Part shown: positions 60,195-64,000 of the stretch, piece by piece
How the letters are laid out: the number at the start of each line of letters is the position of its first letter
Numbering within the stretch: the first letter of the stretch is position 1
The notes under the pieces: generated by a model
Told to the model about the DNA's origin: nothing
The model's database searches: none
What the model saw: the letters and a program-made list of their open reading frames with translations, nothing else
NCBI RefSeq assembly: GCF_003334255.1
Contig: NZ_QOWU01000010.1
Source: Escherichia coli
GTDB taxonomy: Bacteria > Pseudomonadota > Gammaproteobacteria > Enterobacterales > Enterobacteriaceae
Strand: one strand, 5' to 3'
DNA length: 64,000 bases
Position numbers and translations under genes: made by a program

Positions 60195-61448
60195 TCAGGC
60201 GTGCAGACGACGATGCAAACGCGTCCCGACCAGCAGAGCAATGACCAGCATCAGAGCAATAAATGCGCCGACGCCGTTCCAGCCATAGTTATGCCAGAAA
60301 ACACCACCCAGCGTCCCGGCAATACTCGACCCCAGATAGTAACTGAACAGATACAGCGAGGAGGCCTGGCCTTTAGCGCGTTTTGCGCGGGGGCCGATCC
60401 AGCTGCTGGCTACTGAGTGGGCTGCGAAGAATCCTGCTGAGAAGAGTAACATTCCGGCAAAGATCAGCCACAGCGAGCTGAATAAGGTCATCAGTAAACC
60501 AAACAGCATAACCCCCGTCGAAAACAACATCACTGGACCACGCCCATAGCGGGTGGTCATGGTTCCGGCTTTGGGTGAGCTCCATGTACCGGTCAAATAA
60601 GCCAGCGATAATAAGCCAACCACGGCCTGACTGACATGCCAGGGGGAGAGCATCAACCGATAGCCGATGTAATTAAACAGCGTGACGAACGACCCCATCA
60701 GAAAAAAGCCTTCTGCGAACAATAACGGTAATCCCCGGTCACGCCAGTGCAGACGAAAGTTGATAAACAACGTCTTAGGGCGCAGCGAAGTCGGGCGAAA
60801 ATGGCGTGATTCAGGGAGGATTTTCCAGAACATCAACGCCGAGGCCAGCGCGAAACAACCGATTGCCGCCAGAGCAATTCGCCAGTTGAAAAAGTCCGTG
60901 AAGACACCGCTAATTAAGCGTCCGCTCATGCCGCCAATTGAGTTGCCGCTGATATACAACCCCATTGAAAAGGCCACGAAACTGGGATGGATTTCCTCGC
61001 TAAGATAAGTCATGCCAACAGCTGCCACGCCACTTAACGAAAGCCCAATCAAGGCGCGCATAATCAAAATGCCGTGCCAGCTGGTCATCATTGTCGAAAG
61101 TAACGTACAAATGGAGGCCAACAGTAGCGCCGTGACCATCACTGGTTTGCGACCAATGGCATCGGATAGCGGGCCAGTAAACAGCAAACCAATAGCCAAC
61201 ATCGCCGTGGAAATGGACAGTGAAATACTACTGTTCGCGGGGGTTAAGCCAAACTCCTGCGAAAGCACCGGAAGGATAGGCTGCACACAATAGAGAAGTG
61301 CAAATGTTGCCAGTCCGGCAGAGAACAGCGCCAGGGTGACGCGCATAAATTGCGGCGTACCGCGTTTAATAAATTGATTTGGCTGAGAAATGCTTTGCTT
61401 GTCAGTGTCGCTTGCCGGAGCGCCATCAACAGTTGTAGTACGGCTCAC
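60195..61448 (-). CDS. ynfM: MFS transporter
   Basis: 417-aa 12-TM ORF recognised as K-12 YnfM, divergent from ynfL. Confidence 0.92.
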   Translation of the reverse strand: MSRTTTVDGAPASDTDKQSISQPNQFIKRGTPQFMRVTLALFSAGLATFALLYCVQPILPVLSQEFGLTPANSSISLSISTAMLAIGLLFTGPLSDAIGRKPVMVTALLLASICTLLSTMMTSWHGILIMRALIGLSLSGVAAVGMTYLSEEIHPSFVAFSMGLYISGNSIGGMSGRLISGVFTDFFNWRIALAAIGCFALASALMFWKILPESRHFRPTSLRPKTLFINFRLHWRDRGLPLLFAEGFFLMGSFVTLFNYIGYRLMLSPWHVSQAVVGLLSLAYLTGTWSSPKAGTMTTRYGRGPVMLFSTGVMLFGLLMTLFSSLWLIFAGMLLFSAGFFAAHSVASSWIGPRAKRAKGQASSLYLFSYYLGSSIAGTLGGVFWHNYGWNGVGAFIALMLVIALLVGTRLHRRLHA

Positions 61449-61554
61449 TTGAAATCCTTGCTAAATATGCCTGTAGATCAGGCTTATACATAGGGTAGGA
61501 AAATCGAATTGTTCTGTCTAATATATTAATAATCTCAAATAAGATGTTTTAAAT

Positions 61555-62448
61555 ATGAATATTGAACTTCGTCATCTGCGTTACTTTGTTGCTGTTGCGG
61601 AAGAGCTGCATTTCGGGCGCGCCGCTGCCCGCCTGAATATTTCGCAACCGCCGCTAAGTCAGCAGATTCAGGCGCTGGAGCAACAAATTGGTGCCCGACT
61701 GCTGGCACGAACCAATCGCAGTGTATTGCTGACGGCAGCAGGAAAACAGTTTCTTGCAGATAGTCGGCAAATCCTGTCTATGGTGGATGACGCTGCCGCT
61801 CGCGCTGAAAGGCTGCATCAGGGTGAAGCGGGGGAGTTGCGCATTGGTTTTACTTCGTCGGCTCCTTTTATTCGGGCGGTGTCCGATACGTTATCGCTGT
61901 TTCGCCGTGATTATCCTGATGTCCATTTACAAACCCGCGAAATGAACACTCGCGAGCAAATCGCTCCGCTCATTGAAGGAACGCTGGATATGGGATTGCT
62001 GCGTAACACAGCGTTACCGGAGTCGCTTGAACACGCAGTCATCGTCCATGAACCGCTTATGGCGATGATCCCGCACGATCATCCCCTGGCAAATAACCCG
62101 AATGTAACGCTGGCTGAACTGGCGAAAGAACCCTTTGTCTTTTTTGATCCGCACGTCGGGACAGGGCTGTATGACGATATTCTCGGGCTGATGCGACGTT
62201 ACCATTTGACGCCCGTCATCACTCAGGAGGTGGGCGAGGCAATGACCATCATCGGTCTGGTTTCCGCCGGTCTGGGTGTTTCAATTTTGCCTGCGTCATT
62301 TAAACGTGTTCAGCTCAACGAAATGCGCTGGGTGCCGATTGCTGAAGAGGATGCGGTTTCTGAAATGTGGTTGGTCTGGCCGAAACATCATGAACAAAGT
62401 CCGGCTGCGCGTAACTTTCGTATTCATCTGCTGAATGCTCTCAGGTGA
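61555..62448 (+). CDS. ynfL: LysR-family transcriptional regulator
   Basis: 297-aa ORF starting MNIELRHLRYFVAVAEELHFGRAAARLNISQPPLSQQI (LysR HTH). Confidence 0.93.
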   Translation: MNIELRHLRYFVAVAEELHFGRAAARLNISQPPLSQQIQALEQQIGARLLARTNRSVLLTAAGKQFLADSRQILSMVDDAAARAERLHQGEAGELRIGFTSSAPFIRAVSDTLSLFRRDYPDVHLQTREMNTREQIAPLIEGTLDMGLLRNTALPESLEHAVIVHEPLMAMIPHDHPLANNPNVTLAELAKEPFVFFDPHVGTGLYDDILGLMRRYHLTPVITQEVGEAMTIIGLVSAGLGVSILPASFKRVQLNEMRWVPIAEEDAVSEMWLVWPKHHEQSPAARNFRIHLLNALR

Positions 62449-62582
62449 GGGAAATTTCAGCGAAAAAGCCCGAAAAATGTGCTGTTAATCACATGCCTAA
62501 GTAAAAATTTGACGACACGTATTGAAGTGCTTCACCATAGCCTACAGATTATTTCGGAGCGCGAAAATATAGGGAGTATGCG

Positions 62583-63803
62583 GTGGTTGCTGAAAACCAG
62601 CCTGGGCACATTGATCAAATAAAGCAGACCAACGCGGGCGCGGTTTATCGCCTGATTGATCAGCTTGGTCCAGTCTCGCGTATCGATCTTTCCCGTCTGG
62701 CGCAACTGGCTCCTGCCAGTATCACTAAAATTGTCCGTGAGATGCTCGAAGCACACCTGGTGCAAGAGCTGGAAATCAAAGAAGCGGGGAACCGTGGCCG
62801 TCCGGCGGTGGGGCTGGTGGTTGAAACTGAAGCCTGGCACTATCTTTCTCTGCGCATTAGTCGCGGGGAGATTTTCCTTGCTCTGCGCGATCTGAGCAGC
62901 AAACTGGTGGTGGAAGAGTCGCAGGAACTGGCGTTAAAAGATGACTTGCCATTGCTGGATCGTATTATTTTCCATATCGATCAGTTTTTTATCCGCCACC
63001 AGAAAAAACTTGAGCGTCTAACTTCGATTGCCATAACCTTGCCGGGAATTATTGATACGGAAAATGGTATTGTACATCGCATGCCGTTCTACGAGGATGT
63101 AAAAGAGATGCCGCTCGGCGAGGCGCTGGAGCAGCATACCGGCGTTCCGGTTTATATTCAGCATGATATCAGCGCATGGACGATGGCAGAGGCCTTGTTT
63201 GGTGCCTCACGCGGGGCGCGCGATGTGATTCAGGTGGTTATCGATCACAACGTGGGGGCGGGCGTCATTACCGATGGTCATCTGCTACACGCAGGCAGCA
63301 GTAGTCTCGTGGAAATAGGCCACACACAGGTCGACCCGTATGGGAAACGCTGTTATTGCGGGAATCACGGCTGCCTCGAAACCATCGCCAGCGTGGACAG
63401 TATTCTTGAGCTGGCACAGCTGCGTCTTAATCAATCCATGAGCTCGATGTTACATGGACAACCGTTAACCGTGGACTCATTGTGTCAGGCGGCATTGCGC
63501 GGCGATCTACTGGCAAAAGACATCATTACCGGGGTGGGCGCGCATGTCGGGCGCATTCTTGCCATCATGGTGAATTTATTTAACCCACAAAAAATACTGA
63601 TTGGCTCACCGTTAAGTAAAGCGGCAGATATCCTCTTCCCGGTCATCTCAGACAGCATCCGTCAGCAGGCCCTTCCTGCGTATAGTCAGCACATCAGCGT
63701 TGAGAGTACTCAGTTTTCTAACCAGGGCACGATGGCAGGCGCTGCACTGGTAAAAGACGCGATGTATAACGGTTCTTTGTTGATTCGTCTGTTGCAGGGT
63801 TAA
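62583..63803 (+). CDS. mlc: ROK-family global repressor of PTS/sugar genes (Mlc/DgsA)
   Basis: 406-aa ORF with a GTG start, MVAENQPGHIDQIKQTNAGAVYRLIDQLGPVSRIDL and the ROK Zn motif CYCGNHGCLE, recognised as K-12 Mlc. Confidence 0.95.
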   Translation: MVAENQPGHIDQIKQTNAGAVYRLIDQLGPVSRIDLSRLAQLAPASITKIVREMLEAHLVQELEIKEAGNRGRPAVGLVVETEAWHYLSLRISRGEIFLALRDLSSKLVVEESQELALKDDLPLLDRIIFHIDQFFIRHQKKLERLTSIAITLPGIIDTENGIVHRMPFYEDVKEMPLGEALEQHTGVPVYIQHDISAWTMAEALFGASRGARDVIQVVIDHNVGAGVITDGHLLHAGSSSLVEIGHTQVDPYGKRCYCGNHGCLETIASVDSILELAQLRLNQSMSSMLHGQPLTVDSLCQAALRGDLLAKDIITGVGAHVGRILAIMVNLFNPQKILIGSPLSKAADILFPVISDSIRQQALPAYSQHISVESTQFSNQGTMAGAALVKDAMYNGSLLIRLLQG

Positions 63804-63927
63804 CATTTTTTAACTGTTCTACCAAAATTTGCGCTATCTCAATTTGGGCCAGGAAAGCATAACTTAGACTTTCAAGGTTAATTATTTTCCTGGTTTATAT
63901 TTGTGAAGCATAACGGTGGAGTTAGTG

Positions 63928-64000
63928 ATGCTGAAGCGTTTCTTTATTACCGGTACAGACACTTCTGTAGGGAAAACGGTGGTTTCCCGCGCATTGCTAC
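63928..64000 (+). CDS. ynfK: Dethiobiotin synthetase paralogue, 5' partial (runs off the window)
   Basis: The ATG at 63928 gives MLKRFFITGTDTSVGKTVVSRALL, including a P-loop GTDTxVGKT. The position after mlc matches K-12. Confidence 0.8.
   Translation, partial: MLKRFFITGTDTSVGKTVVSRALL

Overview
The window is Escherichia coli chromosome from the replication-terminus region. It is colinear, in inverted orientation, with the K-12 block tyrS-pdxY-gstA-dtpA-nth-rsxEGDCBA-ydgK-cnu-blr-ydgJ-add-malYX-malI-hdhA-uidRABC-ydgA-manA-fumAC-tus/TerB-rstBA-ydgC-folM-ydgI-ydgH-pntAB-tqsA-mdtJI-ydgD-ydgU-asr-ynfM-ynfL-mlc-ynfK. Core gene calls rest on recognising the translated ORFs and their synteny from memory; no database search was possible. 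I saw no rRNA, tRNA or CRISPR array. The only non-core block is about 14.86 kb (42241-57097), inserted inside the tqsA ORF and flanked by a 9-bp direct repeat (ATAACAGCA). It encodes a P4-type tyrosine integrase, AlpA, a divergent RHH-repressor/Icd-like switch, a P4-alpha/D5-type primase-helicase followed by an iteron origin, an SSB and a PerC-like regulator. It also encodes a complete HK97-type head and packaging module: major capsid, prohead protease, portal, two head-tail joining proteins, HNH, TerS and TerL. It has no tail, lysis or phage-immunity genes. I interpret it as a capsid-forming phage satellite (cf-PICI type) that makes and fills its own small capsids and must obtain tails from a helper phage. 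Unexplained structures within it include a leader with a stem-loop and an intrinsic-terminator-like hairpin abutting the capsid start codon, a motif shared by both island ends and two internal sites, a palindrome-dense 0.75-kb non-coding right arm, and several small ORFs of unknown function.
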